A DNA stretch of 64,000 bases from Trichoplax sp. H2 (GCA_003344405.1 NOWV01000028.1:434001-498000), one strand, 5' to 3'; shown: positions 1-14,600, counted from the first letter of the stretch. Numbers and translations are program-made. Notes: a model not told the origin generated them from the letters alone.

Positions 1-172
1 CTTGGGTGTGCGCAAAATCACTTTTAAATCATTTTCTACTTTGATTAAATCTTAGTAAATCATCCATGACAGTGATTCTAAAACTCAGTTTTCTATTACA
101 GATGTTACTCAGGGTTATTCCTATGGTCTAATAGACTTCATTTTGCCTCCTTTTACTTATTTTTTGTTGTAG

Positions 173-1359
173 TCTTCTAGCCATGCACGAAGAATGCAAC
201 CACCCCAATCAATGCAATCACCGCTGCAGATACAGCAGACACGGCCGATGCAACCAATGCAATCACCGCAGCAGATACAGCAGACACAGCCGATGCAACC
301 AATGCAACCAATGCAATCAATGCAACCAATGCAAACTGGATCAACTACGCAAACAGGTAAGTAGAAATTACTTTATAATTATAAAATTCTTTTAAGGCTT
401 GCCAATTGAATTCACCTGCTCTTTGATACTCGAAAATCACTTGCCCTTATTCCTAATCAGCTATTGGAAAATTAAAATATTATGTTACGTTATAATATTA
501 CAATCCAGATATGCAATAACCAATGCATGATAACCTTTCTAGTCAGTTCTAGCCAGTTTACCATTCTCACAAGATGAAAGTAGAATTGAAATCGATAAAA
601 GCGGATATTTCATTTTCAATCTACGCTAGCATTCTATCATGAGTAGTTTACAGTTGGACAGCGATGAAATGGCATATCAGAATATTTGATTTCAAAATCT
701 GTAGTAGTATTCTGTAATCAGCGAGTTAGAATTTTTACAATAGAAAAGGATAACTTAAGCTACGGTAACGAGAGGATATATCATGATAGCAGTAGTTTAG
801 AATTCTTATAACACGAAAGTGCTATTTAAATTATACTAACAAGCGACGATTAAGTTTCAATCTATGTTGGCACCCTGTAATCCGTAGTTTAGAACCTTTA
901 TAACCGTAAAATTAACTGGAATTAACACGTTAGCATTAAAATTACAAATGCATTCTAGACCTCTCTCATTAGTAGTTAAGAAATATTACAAAGAGGAAAG
1001 TGCATTTATCATTTAAATTAGCATGAGAGCACTTAATTTCCAAATTCATGATGGTGTTCTCTACTGTTAATAATAGTTTAGAATTCTTGCAACAATGAAG
1101 AATAGTTGATACATTAACATAAGATGGCGTCAATGAAGAATATATCTTCATTGAGGCTTACATTAATCGATCATGTGGGCATTCAATTCCTTTAATTTCT
1201 ATTAGAAGATTAAGTCTACTGCAATAGTGTATTGACACTTATCTAAATGGATAACTTTATATCTCTGTAGGACTAGTACAACATCAAAATGAACCTGCTA
1301 TGGCAGCTAATTCACTACCTATCTCTCAGAATGATGACTCTCAACCTCAGATATCGTAA
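173..1359 (+). CDS. 3' end (last two coding exons) of an unidentified gene with a Gln/Pro/Met low-complexity tract
   Basis: Exon 173-356 (ttgtag| ... |gtaagt) reads SSSHARRMQPPQSMQSPLQIQQTRPMQPMQSPQQIQQTQPMQPMQPMQSMQPMQTGSTTQT. It splices in phase to 1271-1359 (ctgtag|), GLVQHQNEPAMAANSLPISQNDDSQPQIS*. AATAAA lies near 1666. The upstream part is outside the window. Confidence 0.65.
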
Positions 1360-4300
1360 AGAATTCATTCTTTTAAGTGTGAATGACTTCTAGCAGAATG
1401 TAGAAATAGAGCTATTGGACTACTGGAGTGATTAATTGATAATTCTATGTCGACGAATAACAGTTCTATAGTTGTAGATGAAATGAAAGATATTTCAAGG
1501 TTAGGTACTAGCTCTGTTTGGCCACATAGGATGCGGTTGGTAGTACTCTCACTAAGTTATCCATCATGGCACTATAAGAAGAGTTGAGTACAATTTTTAA
1601 ACATTTTCATGAATTATCCTAATCTACTGTATCCGTGTTTTTTTGGTCATGTATTCGTTGTGATAAATAAAGTTTATGAAACCTAAGCTAGCTTTCTATC
1701 AATATAATAGGTTAAGCTGTGTGTTAAAATAATTTTAAAAGGCTTAGCTTGTAGAATTCCCTCTATGGGAACAAATTTTAATAACTCACTTGTATAGTGG
1801 GAGCTATAGCCATGGATCTACATCGATTAGATTTGATTCAACGTTAATCAAGTAGATGAGAAAGCATAACTACTTGTTGTATCGTCAGTAAATAACTAAA
1901 AGTTGCGAGTACTATTATTATTCTATCAACTGCTTGGAATAGTAGACTATACCTATACCGGAAACATGATTGCATTCGTGTGATTTCAGAACCAAAGATT
2001 ATTATCATGCTGGTGTTTTATAAGCCGTTCACTAATAGAATTCAGCAACTCGAATTAGTTATAGACTATAAGATAAAGTTATCAGTAGTCTTGGGATAAT
2101 ATCTAGGGTACTTTACGTGTAGTCCCAAGTTAAATCGCTTAAACGATTCCTTTTAATGTCGTATAATAGGTATTATATAACGAGGAGATCATTCTAGAAA
2201 ACAGAGTGTCTAATGGCCGGTATAATATAGTGGAAATAAAAAAAGTTTATATGCCTCTATACCATATCAAATGAACAAAAATGAATCAACAATTCTGTTT
2301 ACGTAGAGTAAGAAATAATTTTAAAGAGAACCCTTCAATTACTTCTCTTCCTGTCAACCTGTAAGATTTTAAAATTGATATATTGAAGGTAAACGATAGA
2401 GAGGAATTGATCAGTTCTGCTGATTATCTTAAAATGCTTGAATAGTAGATCCACAGTTACGATAATAATATACCGATTTTAAATAGATGCAGGAATTTCA
2501 GTAATTACAATTGTCTATGTTAAGAATAATATAAGCAAGTAACGAAAAAATGTTGTCATTGTCTTCTAATTGAACTATACCATAGTAACTAACAATTCAT
2601 GGCTTTATTTATATTTCATTTAATGAATATTAATGCTGAATAATTTGGTATGGAGGTAGGTTGCTTTAACACACTATCAACCACCATTCCAATATAATGG
2701 AGTGTAAATAATGTACAAAAATATGTAACATAAGCGTGAATAGATTGAATTTTAATTATTATTTTGTTATTACAAGATAAATTAGAACTAATTAGGGTTC
2801 TAGAATTACTCATAGTCATTTTTTAGCTGAGTTAAATCATTGAAAAAAATATTGAAGCATGATTACTGCTATTTTCAGAAAATACCAGGGGATAACGATG
2901 AGGGCTATTTAACAACCTAGTATAAGATCGATAATCCATTTCTTATAAAATTCAAGTAATATTTACAATCATACATGAGACCCTATTAACGGGCAATAAT
3001 TAATATATTTCAAGGGAATTCCGGATGATGCATGATTGTTAACATGATAACTGCGTTTAACAATCTAGTATTGGCTAGGTAAGTTATTCCTACGAATTGA
3101 TAGTTAGAGACACATTTACTGAAGCCATAATATTATAATTAGTCTACTTTATTTAACCGACTAATGTTGCTACGATAAAGCTATTCCTGCGAACTTTCAA
3201 TCAAAGATGAGACCCGTTTAATGGAGTAACAATCATTTTAATGATATTATCGGCAACAATGCAAGATTGCTCACGCTATGATTGATCAATTTACCCTTCG
3301 TATTTAGCAATCTGGTATTGACTCGATAAAGTCATTACCATGAAATCAGGGCAGTATTGATGGTCAAAAACTTGGTTTATTTAACGAATCAATAATTAAT
3401 TACTGAAATAATAAACAATTGCTAAATTATAATTGAACACTGTTTGATGTATTGCATGGGTCGTTATATGACAATTAAACGTAGATTTTGATGAGTAATT
3501 AAGCCAACGATACTTTTACAGTTGTAGTTAAGCTGGAAGTAGTACGTATGGCCTTCGATAGTAAAATTAATTCTAAAGCAAAATTAAATTGACTCCTCCT
3601 CCATTTGCTGCTATGCTATAAAGTTTCCTTCCAAGGAATGAAACTAAAACTTGGTATAATCATTAGAGAATTCTGGTGTCTTCTAATGTTTATTTTTTGT
3701 GGTCCATTAATTCTACTTCTACTTATACTTGGATGATTAATGGAAAGAATTACCTCAACATGAATATAATAATTAACACTTGCTATTATTATAATCCATT
3801 CATCCTAGATATAGATTAGTGCTACGAATTAATTTATTTAAAACATTTATTACGATTTTTTTACCACTGATCAGAATGTTGTAATATGTGATGTTATACG
3901 GCAAAATAGTCGATTAATTGCTAAGTCTCTGTAAAAAAATTATCTATGCAAATCTTAAAAAGTACTCATTGCTTAATTATTATTGTCTTTCAGAGATGAA
4001 TCAAGATATATCAATATTGCACGCTTATGTATAATAACCAATTTCGGACATAACGTTAATACAAATATCTCCAAGCACGACATACTGTATATCTAAAAAC
4101 TAAAAGATATTGAACGGCAATCCAGTGGTAAATTGCCTCACAGTCGTATTGCAATAAATTTTAACTTTGTATAATAATGACTAATTTTAGTCTAGGATTA
4201 TATATTAAAAAGACCGCACTAATGCGATTATCGTATTAGCATTACTTTCTTGGCTTGTAGTATATCATGATAGACGAAATGTAAGATCAATTTATTAAAT

Positions 4301-4574
4301 GCGAAAAATTTTCCTAAGTACTCGTATTTTATAGATAGGTAAATGACGTAGCAATAGGGAATACAGATATTTCAATAGAAATAGACGTCTAAACAAAGAG
4401 ATCTTTTACAACTAATGAGTTAAACATGTGTATATGTTAAAAGCTGACGTATAAAAAATATGATGAAATCTTACGCCTGACTATGGAATACGCGTAAAAT
4501 TTTTGATATCCAAATCAGCAACGCTAGTATAGCATTTAATAGTTCGTCTACACTGTTAATGCAAAGTGAAACCA

Positions 4575-6804
4575 TTAATTTTCGTTTTCGCCTGGCTTAC
4601 GACCTAATAGTATGAAAATAGGGAAGGTATACTCGATAGTGTCATTTCCTGAGGCTCGCTGCAAAGCTTCCAACATTCTGTAGTGGTTAGATCAAATAAA
4701 TATGATTGATACATCAGTATCATTTTGTCAAAGAAGGTTAAAAATGATATTTTATTAATTGCCATAAAATGCTATAACCTAGCTTTGACATCAAGCAAGG
4801 GATCATCAGAGTTCTTTTGTAGGTAAGCACGATACGCTGACCAAGAGCTTAAATAACCAATATAGCTATCTAAGCTCATACTGCCTTCTATAGTTATGGT
4901 GTCAATTCTATTGTCATAGTGGCGAAGAAAAATTAGAAACTATAGTATCCAACTTTATAGGAGATGACTCCTTCTTTTCAAGTTGGTCATTTCGAAATTT
5001 TTATAAAAACTTTCATATTGAAGGGTGATTAAAATTTTTCAGTATTTATATCTAAACGGATACTCTATAGGGAGCTTATTAAATGGTGTAGTCCATTGCA
5101 CATTTGAAATTGAAGGACTTTACAAAATAGTGATAGAAAGTTATCATCTGTATATGCGTCTATCATCCATTTTACTATGAACTTGATATATTTCTGAAGA
5201 TGTATCAATAAGAAAGAACGTTAACTTACCTCATCTGGTCAGTGTACGGTAGCGTGATATGGCGATACAAGTTATCAATATACCATCTTCTATCCGACCA
5301 GTAACCTTTCAGTGTACCTTGATAGAACTTGGAGTCAATTAAAAATTGATATAAATTGAATCGTTATGATATTTTCGTCAGCGCAGCATTCCATCTACTA
5401 TAAATATATCAAAAATTGTCGTCTATTTCTATTTATTTTTATAGAAATAATGCACCCTGACAGGTTAGTCCTATAGCCTTGATGATTAAGTATTAGTTTT
5501 ATACAGTAGTTGAAGTCTTGTTCAGCAAGTAGGCAATGCATTATACTATCACAGAATAAAAATAACGTAATTTGAGCTACATCGGCAGACAAATTATTTT
5601 ATTGAAGTCTAAATGCTTGAACAGGTTGACTACATTATGGTATTTTAGGCTAACGCGTAGTAAAATTAAACATGGCCTCTATCATGGATATTGCATCTTT
5701 CCATTGACTTTATGACAACTGTACCTAGCTGTCGTAGGATAATTACTACTGTAAGTTGTGCTGTGCAACAGGCTGCGGTACTCGCGGGTAGATTCTGAGC
5801 TTTCCACAGGCTACTAAGACTATGAATGAATGGAGAGCACATACAGTACAGTATTGCACTCATCGAAGACTTTGACATTGGTATCAGTCCAGCAGTTGGA
5901 TGGGAATTGCTATTGGAAGTCCATTTCTACCTGAAAAATAATCAACCTAATTTCTCATCTAGATTGTGTAACTGTATTAATCTGTCGTATATTTTATGTT
6001 ATTGAAAACCTCTCTATGTCTACAGCGGTAGGTAATGTTAAGCAATGGCAGTTGGATTAGCCTCTTTGCTCGTTGACATCGTGATTGATAGCATGATAGG
6101 AAAATGTATTCCCTCAATGATACTCATATTGATCGATAATCGTATTCTACTGCATGAGTACTTTTATTTGGACAAGGTTATTGATGGGTTGAAGCTAATT
6201 TGGTACTTTTTTAACGAGATGGAGTGAGAAAGTAATTACTGTGTATATTTAGGCATCTCGTGATCAGCCAGCATAGTCCGTTGGCAATGGATTGTCATCA
6301 ACTTACATCATGGCAAATTTTGGTCACTTCATGGTTGTTTGTAATGATGGAGTTGCCATAACCATATAAAGCTAAGCAACCCGTACCAGGCTTGAGTACA
6401 CGATCTGCCTCAGCGAAAAATTTCTTCTCATCGAGCCAATGGAATGATTGTGCACATGTCAGTAAATCAACACTGTTGGAATGACAAGGTAACTGTTCGC
6501 CGGAACCGACTTGCAATGTGACATTCGCATTTTCTTTTTTTTCATTGCCTTGTTGGATTTGACCTTGGCTAGGATCAAGACCGATTACTTGAGTAAAATA
6601 GCGAGCTAATGGTTTGGTACTTTGGCCTGAGCCACAGCCGACATCGACAGCTAAGTCATATTTTACTCGATCGTCTTTCCCTGTTAAAAATTGCAAGATT
6701 TGCTCGTAGACTTCTGCAGGATAGGTCGGCCTATACCTGGCATAAGCTTTAGCATGATCTACTCCAGAAAATAATTTAGTATAGCGCGACATGATATCAT
6801 TCAT
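4575..6804 (-). CDS. Class I SAM-dependent methyltransferase (Methyltransf_11 type, TMT1/DDB_G0268948-like), 275 aa
   Basis: Exons 6804-6307, 5327-5230, 4907-4779 and 4677-4575 are all GT-AG with consistent phases. Motifs: YARYRPTYP, motif I VDVGCGSGQ, IGLDPS, SVDLLTCAQSFHWLD, RVLKPG, YLSSWSAY, and C-terminal FPIFILLGRKP. Confidence 0.92.
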
Positions 6805-7030
6805 TTAGTCATCATGGAGAAGCACTCTTGAGATAGCGTTACCACTCATCCACTTCTTGTCAAGAACAAATAGATAAAATGCGGAATCCAACTCGTTTAT
6901 TGGCTAAGTCGAGGTAATCCTTATGTCCAGCTTTGCTTGCAGGCAGCTTTGCATCACCAAAGAGAACTGAGCTCAGAAGGATTTGTTGACAATCTCGAGC
7001 AGCCCTGGCTGGGGCATTTATACCTTTCGA

Positions 7031-7104
7031 CACGATACGGCACGGTACGATACGATACGGCACGATACGATACGGTACGGAACGATACGATGCGGTACAG
7101 TACG
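7031..7104. repeat. Degenerate pentanucleotide microsatellite (YACGR)n, about 15 units
   Basis: cacga tacgg cacgg tacga tacga tacgg cacga tacga tacgg tacgg aacga tacga tgcgg tacag tacg, about 230 bp upstream of the methyltransferase ATG. Confidence 0.9.
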
Positions 7105-8608
7105 CTAGAGACCCTTCGAGACCCCTTTTTAGAGTCTCTAGTGTCCAGTACAGTACTAGTACGGCGTGATTCATTTCCTACTGTACTCGATTCGGAAAAA
7201 TGGAATAAAATACTTCAATATATCAATTCATTTTATGTAGAATTGGATATCAATCGATAGAACAAGATTGTGTGGATTTTGTGGTAAAAATGACGCATTG
7301 AATAGTCCATTCTGCACCGATTGATCTCCTCTGCTAGTACTGTCGATGGCTATTGTTCGGAGTGTCTGGTGTACAGTGTACAGTACCATGCTTACAGTAT
7401 ACTGTACTGTAGATGATGGGATGATTTCAAATTGCATCATGTGCAAGCTCGATTTCGCTGGTCATGTTAGGGTACTCTATTACTGTTACCGTATACTACA
7501 CTACCGAAAACCAACTGGCTGACCTTGATTTCAGCCTCGGACAACGGACAAGAAGAAGGATTTTCCTCTTGCAAGGCGTTGAATAAGAAAGTGATGGCCA
7601 TCATCAATCATCTACTCCACTTGAGAAGGAATAGTTTATCCATCATAGACGTACTCTCCAATGGACATGCATTGTATAAGTGTCTAGTCTCTCTTCTATC
7701 GATAAATCGCAGGCTGTATCAAGGGCTAGTCAATAGAGAGAGAGAGAGGCACTACCGATGACCAACGTCATGGCCAAACAAGATTACAGGCCGGTGATAT
7801 GGACCTGGTCAACGGATCATTTTGAATCATCATCACAAGAAGAAATGGTAGAACTTCTACTGTAGAAGCATACTATGTCCTGCAGGCAACAATATTGACT
7901 TGCCTGCCAACAACTGATGAAAATGAGCATCCTATTATAGTGTTAGTACAGATTACACTAATTTAGAAATGAATGATGCAGTAGTATTCTACTGCATTAG
8001 GCTGAAAGTCACGGCCGCAGTCCGGCTGTATACTGCCCACTGTCCTGTAAAAAGGGTAACCCCCCCGGATGTCCAACGGACCCCGTGTCGCCTGGTAGTG
8101 GGTTTCCACACGGTGGACACTACTCCAGTTGAGACTAGTCTACCACACCTCTTGACCTAGACAGTACCCTACTCGCTTACCTTGCCCCTCCATCCATCCC
8201 CTGGTTGATTCTGACACTACCCAGGGTGTTGCTACGCGGGTCCCAACTGGTCGCTTGCCAATGTTGACGCTTGCATACTACCGCAGCCATTTAGCTTAGC
8301 TGGGGATACAATTCCTTCCTCAACTTGTCCAAGCTCTCCATCAAGGCATAAGAACTAATTGAAACGAGTCTTAATTTGCCTTTTTTCATGTCTTATTGAT
8401 TGCTATTGGTGTGATCGATTTCCTGCTCATATCCAATCATCAATAGGACAAGTCTTGATTGGCCAGTTTGCAGCTTTTTCACCGCGCTCCATCATCGCCC
8501 TTGTCTAGCTGAAAGTTGAAAGCTGGCCAATAACCCTTTTGCGCCTTCCATCAGCTCAATCGATCTTCATCATCGCTATTGATCGAGCTAATTCAACCAG
8601 TTTATCCG

Positions 8609-11600
8609 ATGAGAATGAAATCGATTGGAAGAATGATAGTGGCAGCACTTTATCGACTATGGTGTTTTATACTCTGTATATGCAGTAAAATTTTTAAGAC
8701 GGTAAGTTCGATTTGTTCCATCTTTTGGCTACACTCTTTTTTTCCCCTCCATTCTTGCTTGTACACATAAGGTGATTGCGGGGAAGGGATCACGATGGGT
8801 AGTTTTCATCATGGCTTCAGGAAAGGAGTGGATGCCTTTTTTTGTTGTTGTGCCACTTATTGCCATCCTTTTTTCTCATCATCATAGTCGTTATATTGCT
8901 TGATTCAACTATTTTCAACTCCTTTCCAGTGCAGTCATCGCTGTTGACTTTAGCCCATCATGTCCATGACTGATAAGACAAGCTTATCATCATACCATGG
9001 CCAAGAGTAAAAAAAAATCAGTTTCATTTGAAAATAGTCTCTTGATGGACAGTGGATAGGATAATTTCATTTTGAAGTTCTATTCCTACAAGAGTAGACA
9101 AGGGAGTCAACGCAGTGATGATGAAGATGGGGCCACCCATACGGATTGTAAAATTGGCCAAGTCTTCCCAACCATGGATTCATCATCGAAGCGCCTTTTC
9201 AACACGACGATGATTTTTCTCCTTGTTGGATCATCTTCCATAACATAGTCGCGGAAATGGATCCATGGCCAATGGTTAAACTATTGCAAATGTTGCTTGC
9301 CATCGATAAACACAAGATTCAGATATCAATTCAACCTGACTCCCTCGTAGAAGGATGCTTCAAGTAAAAAATGCGTGGATAACAAATCTTGCTTGCGCTG
9401 CTACTTTACCCCATGGATGAATGAAACAGCACTCATCCTTCATAACTAGTCTTCAATCTCTCTTTAGTCAGCGTTTTCATCTTCAACACTGTAAACAAAC
9501 ATAAAAAAATTGTCTGTTTATCATTCTCCATTTCCACTTCCTTCCCCCCTCTTAAAGCATCGGCTAACCTAATGGAAAGACCAGTCTCTATTTCATTCGT
9601 CCGTTGAACTTTTATCTTGATGGCAATAACATGTGCCATGATTGGATGATTGAAATTAGGCGATCGCTAGTGGATCATTGCCACATTCAATCGATCAAAC
9701 ATGGATGATGATCATAATTTCAAGTCTTTATTCCATCATCACATCGGATACAAGTGTATGAAAATCTCCCAGTCATGGAGTGATGATGATAGGCAATCAT
9801 GAACGGATACTACCTCGTAAATTGCCCCAATAACAATGTCAATTCATTACTTAACCCTTACATTGAAAATTTGATTGATGTTGTACTACCGTTTAAATCA
9901 ACATTTACAGCGATTAAGATCTTTAATCAATTCATTGGTCTATTCCATTAGTTGATCATTATTTCCCCCCCCCCCTAACTATAGACATGGCAAGAGCATA
10001 GCGAGTGATTGACTATGCTACTTTCAATTTTTCTCTTTTTCCTTTCTATTTTAAGCCCAAAGTGTTCTATTTAATGAAAGGGGGAGGAAATAGATTTTCT
10101 TCATTTTCTTACCGCCATTGCTTCATCAAACCTAAATCAACCATTTTATTTTTGATAACCTCATCATACCCATGGAAATGAATGATATTCTATCTCATCC
10201 ATCATCATTTCTCATCTTCACCTTCAATCTCTAGTTGGAATATTATAGTCCAAACGCATGTTTCAAATGCTTCCTATCCACTGCAATCGAAGCCATTCCA
10301 TCATCATCATCCTACTTTACTATTTGATCATCCGTTGATGGCGGCTGCAGTAGTTTCTCATTCATGAATCTCGCACACAATATGTTTATATACGTACCAA
10401 TATCCAGTTGAGACTCGTCCATGTTAGGACATGTCTCTACATAGAAGCGTAGATGGCAAGTCCAATGGCTTCGCATAGTAGACGCTATTCAATTTTGACA
10501 TATGTTGTTATTATCATCAACTCTCTTCGACACTGTATTCTAATATCGCCTTGTATTTTTCAACTCCTTTGACCTTGCTTTCATAACGATACTGGCAATG
10601 ATGATTGCCTAGGATTGATGGTGATCGTTTCAAATGCAATCATCAATGTTATAGTAGTACTTTAAAGGCATAAACAAGAACGTCTAATCATGGAAGACTA
10701 TCAGTACAACGAGTCCCTTTTCTACAGATCTGCTGTTGTTGCGGGATTATTTTCGTCAACAAATGATATTTTACAAATGGGAACTAGAAACTGCAGTCAA
10801 TGGAAAGTGTTTGAAGTGGCATAGACTACGCGTCGATGAGCTTTCTACTAGACAAGATGGCAAATTCAATCTATCTCTTCCCTTTTTCATCATCATGCCG
10901 TAATATCTCGTACCGTGATGAATTGCCAACATCAGGGAATGACGATTTCTACATGTTTATTTCTTGATATCCACAATGAAAAAGCATACAATATATCGCT
11001 GTTGTTAATATGGAAATGAGGTAGTATATTCTTCGCCACGTTGATTTTTGGCGCGATGACATAATCATTTTGCAAGTAGAATGTAAATTACGGATTAATA
11101 ATCTTGATGAACGTATTGGATCCGATTCCCTTGGCTTGAAATCATAAATTTTCTCTTATCCTAAACTATTACTCTAATCATTTTGCAAGTAGAATGTAAA
11201 TTACGGATTAATAATCTTGATGAACGTAGTGGATCCGATTCTGTTGGCTTGAAATCATAAATTTTCTCTTATCCTAAACTATTACTCTAGGGTTTTTTCC
11301 ATTATGCTTGCTCTTGCTACTCTTTAGTTTAATCATAGTGAATATACGTACGAGTATCATCTTGTTGGTACTTCCAAGAAATAGAATCCTTCCCTTTGCA
11401 TCGATTCAATGACCATAAACATGTCATGGTCGATGATAGTACTATTATTAATTTGCTGATAGCCACATTATTCAAGGAGGAATACTTGTATAATAATTAC
11501 CAAAAAAGCGAAAATTTCCTTCTTCCTATTCTGCCAACCTATATGGCATCAATTCTATATTCAAATCTTGTTCTACCAGCTCGAACGGGTAGAGTCTGTA

Positions 11601-14600
11601 CGGAATAGATAGTTTATTTTAAACATGATCCGATGACAACACAGGCAGCTGTTATTAACAGCAGCAACAGGAATACTTGAGAGAACACAAATAAGGATAT
11701 ACTGTACTCTTATACTTCTTGTACGTATATTCTCGTACGTCTATTTTGACATCCTTTGATGCATTAAGAGAATGTACACAAGATTAAGCGAGCATATAAT
11801 AATTTGCAGAAGAAATGATTGATGCAATACTGGACTCAGTCATGGTGAAATCTGAATGTTATGATGTTGAAGGGTAAAATAATGAAGATCGTTGGCATAG
11901 CCATCATTTATTTTCCTGTCAACATTATTTTATAAGGATGATGCTAACAATCTCAAAGCGGAAGTGATATGAAATAAGATAGAGTAATAGTTGAATGAAT
12001 AGTCGTAGGTAGAAAACGATGTAAAAGTAAACTGATTGGAAGGATAATCTTGAACGATGGAATTAACGTGCTTTTTAAATTATCTTTGAATAGATTTTAG
12101 AAAGTCGCTCGATAAGATATTATCCTGTAGGTTTGTCCAGAAGAACTAACGAACAATTACGTAAGTTAAGAAGGAAAATAACTACACTTTAAATGAATAT
12201 TTGGATTATCTAGTCAAATGTTGGATAACCACGGTCAAGTAGTTGCTATGAAATGCTCGATTATTTATGTATAACTTTTTACTAACTGTGATTAACCATT
12301 AGAGATATGTGAAAAACGATAGACTATCGTGCTAATATTATTCTCCTGTTGTAACATTCTGTCCTAGTTTTCTATTTCCTTGCTTTCCATAGGATTGTAC
12401 TTTCATATTTTCAACTAGAGACGTGTTTTTATATGGAAGATAATACAGTCCAAATTGAGTACATTACCTCGGCCTTAATCCATTCGTTCATTTTTAAGAT
12501 GACAAGTTACTCAAGATAATAGTTTAAAGATGAAAACAGTATTTATTCTCCAAGTCTTACCTAAATTTTCTGTAGTACTTCAAATGATAGAAAGTTATTG
12601 TCGTGAACGGATTTAATCCAAATTGATTCCTTCCCCTTTGATACCGTCATAACCTAGTCATTCATGCATTCGATCTTCAAACTCGTAAGTTACTCAACTC
12701 AATTAGGAACAAGAGTTTTAGGATAGAAAATGGCTCTAGTTCTCCAAGTCTTGTCTAAATTTGCGTTACTCTTTCAATGGATGTTATAGGAAATTATTGT
12801 CGTTGAGCTGATTTCATTACTTTCGATATGGTCATAACTTAACAATTCATTCATTCTTCCGCTCACAAATTACTCCAATATGGACAATAAGTTTAACACA
12901 AAATAATTATAGTTCTTCCAATCTTGCCTAAAGTATCGATAGTACTTTAAAGAATGATATTGAAAATGTCTATTACCGGCTAATTCAATCCAAATTGATT
13001 GCATTACCTTGGATGCAATTATAACCTAGTCATTTATTCATTCTTCAAATGCACAAGTTGCTCAACTATGGGCAAGAGTTTGAGGATAAGTAATGGTTCT
13101 AGCTTTGCAATTTTTCCCTCAATTTTCGAGAGTACTTCAAATGATGCTCCAGAAAAGCATTATTGTTAACTGATTCCATCAAAATTGACTCTATTACTTT
13201 TTGATAAGGCCTTAATCCAATCATTTAATCATTCTTTAAACTCACAAGTTATTCAAATATCGACCAAAATGATTCAATTCTTCAAATGTTGCCAAATTTG
13301 TGATAGTCCTTCAAATGATGCTATTGAAAATTATTATGGCTAGCTGATTCAATCAAAATGAAGTACACGATCTTTGACGCAGCCATAACTTAGTCTTTCT
13401 TCGTTCTTTAAACTTACAAGTTATTCAAATGTAAACAAGAGTTTTACCAGTAACTTAAAAAACGACTCTATTTCTGCAAGTCTTTCCTAAATTTTTAATA
13501 ATATTTTAAATGAAAAAAATTACTGTTGAAATGACAAGAGCCTAGGAACGGCGTAATTGTAGTATTGGATCTAAGAAAAATATTACAAATACGATTGCTA
13601 CAGAATCATTTTTTGTACAACAGTTATATTATCATGATAGCTATGATAGAATTGGCTACTCATCGCTATATCACTTTAAGACTTTATTCCGTAGATGGAG
13701 TATTCGTCCTAGGCAATATACATGGCTTGTATAATGCTTTTCGCATTTGTTTTCATCAGCTAGTATTCATGATGACCTAGTACACCAATAATTTATGATT
13801 AACATGCGCGTATGACACAATTGTCATTATTTGCCCTTGATTTACTCACATACAATATACGAATAAATATAATGTTTGATTATACTTACTTATTAATGCG
13901 CTTAATGCTCATACTTAAAGAAACTTAAATTTGTTCACTAAAATTAATCTGTCCTTCTTAATTCCCATTTTAGAACTAGTGAAACGTAAAGTTATGGTCC
14001 TGGACCTTGATGAAACTTTAGTTCATTCTCATCATATTGGGTATGCCTACTCTTTGTCTACAAAATTTTAAAATTAATGGTGTTTACTTGCATTTTCATA
14101 CGCCTGTTTTTAATGACCTGCTACAGGATGTCAGTTCTACATGATTCTTTGAAATATGCTTTCATTAAATGATTACTTAATACTATATTTCGCAGGATTG
14201 GATCCAATAACTCTCCTATGATGGCACCGGATTTTGTATTAACTGTGAGTTCGGATTATTTTTAAGATATTCTAGGATTAAATTATGACAATATTCCAGC
14301 TAACATCAACTATACTGAAATATTTTTGTCTCGTTACTATATGTTTTAGTTATGTATTGATAAACAACCAGTCAAGTTTTTCGTTCATAAAAGACCACAT
14401 TTGGATTATTTTTTGGAAGTAGTTAGCCAATGGTATGATCTAGCGATTTTTACTGCGAGTATGGAGGTATGAATTATAGTTTTGATTTCTATCAACAGTA
14501 GTAGAACAGACTGTAATGAGACTTTATTATACGCTGTTGCGTATAGAATTAATTCTGCATTATTTAATTTTATTTTAAATTGGTTAGATATATGGCTCAG

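Noticed and set aside
183..395. Cys/His-rich metallothionein-like ORF (NQCNQC)
   Set aside because: It is an alternative frame of the MQP exon. Only the MQP frame fits the splice phase into the terminal exon at 1271.
5660..5935. Nested gene or extra exon in methyltransferase intron 1
   Set aside because: Stops occur in all frames after the candidate acceptor, and exons 1 and 2 already join in frame.
7910..7975. Hammerhead ribozyme core (CTGATGA)
   Set aside because: No stem II followed by GAAA at the required spacing.
8255..8335. SRP/7SL RNA (minus-strand tgtatccccagcta...ggctgcgg resembles the Alu domain)
   Set aside because: No SRP helix-8 signature (CAGG...GNRA...AGCA) is visible downstream, and the 5' helix does not match.
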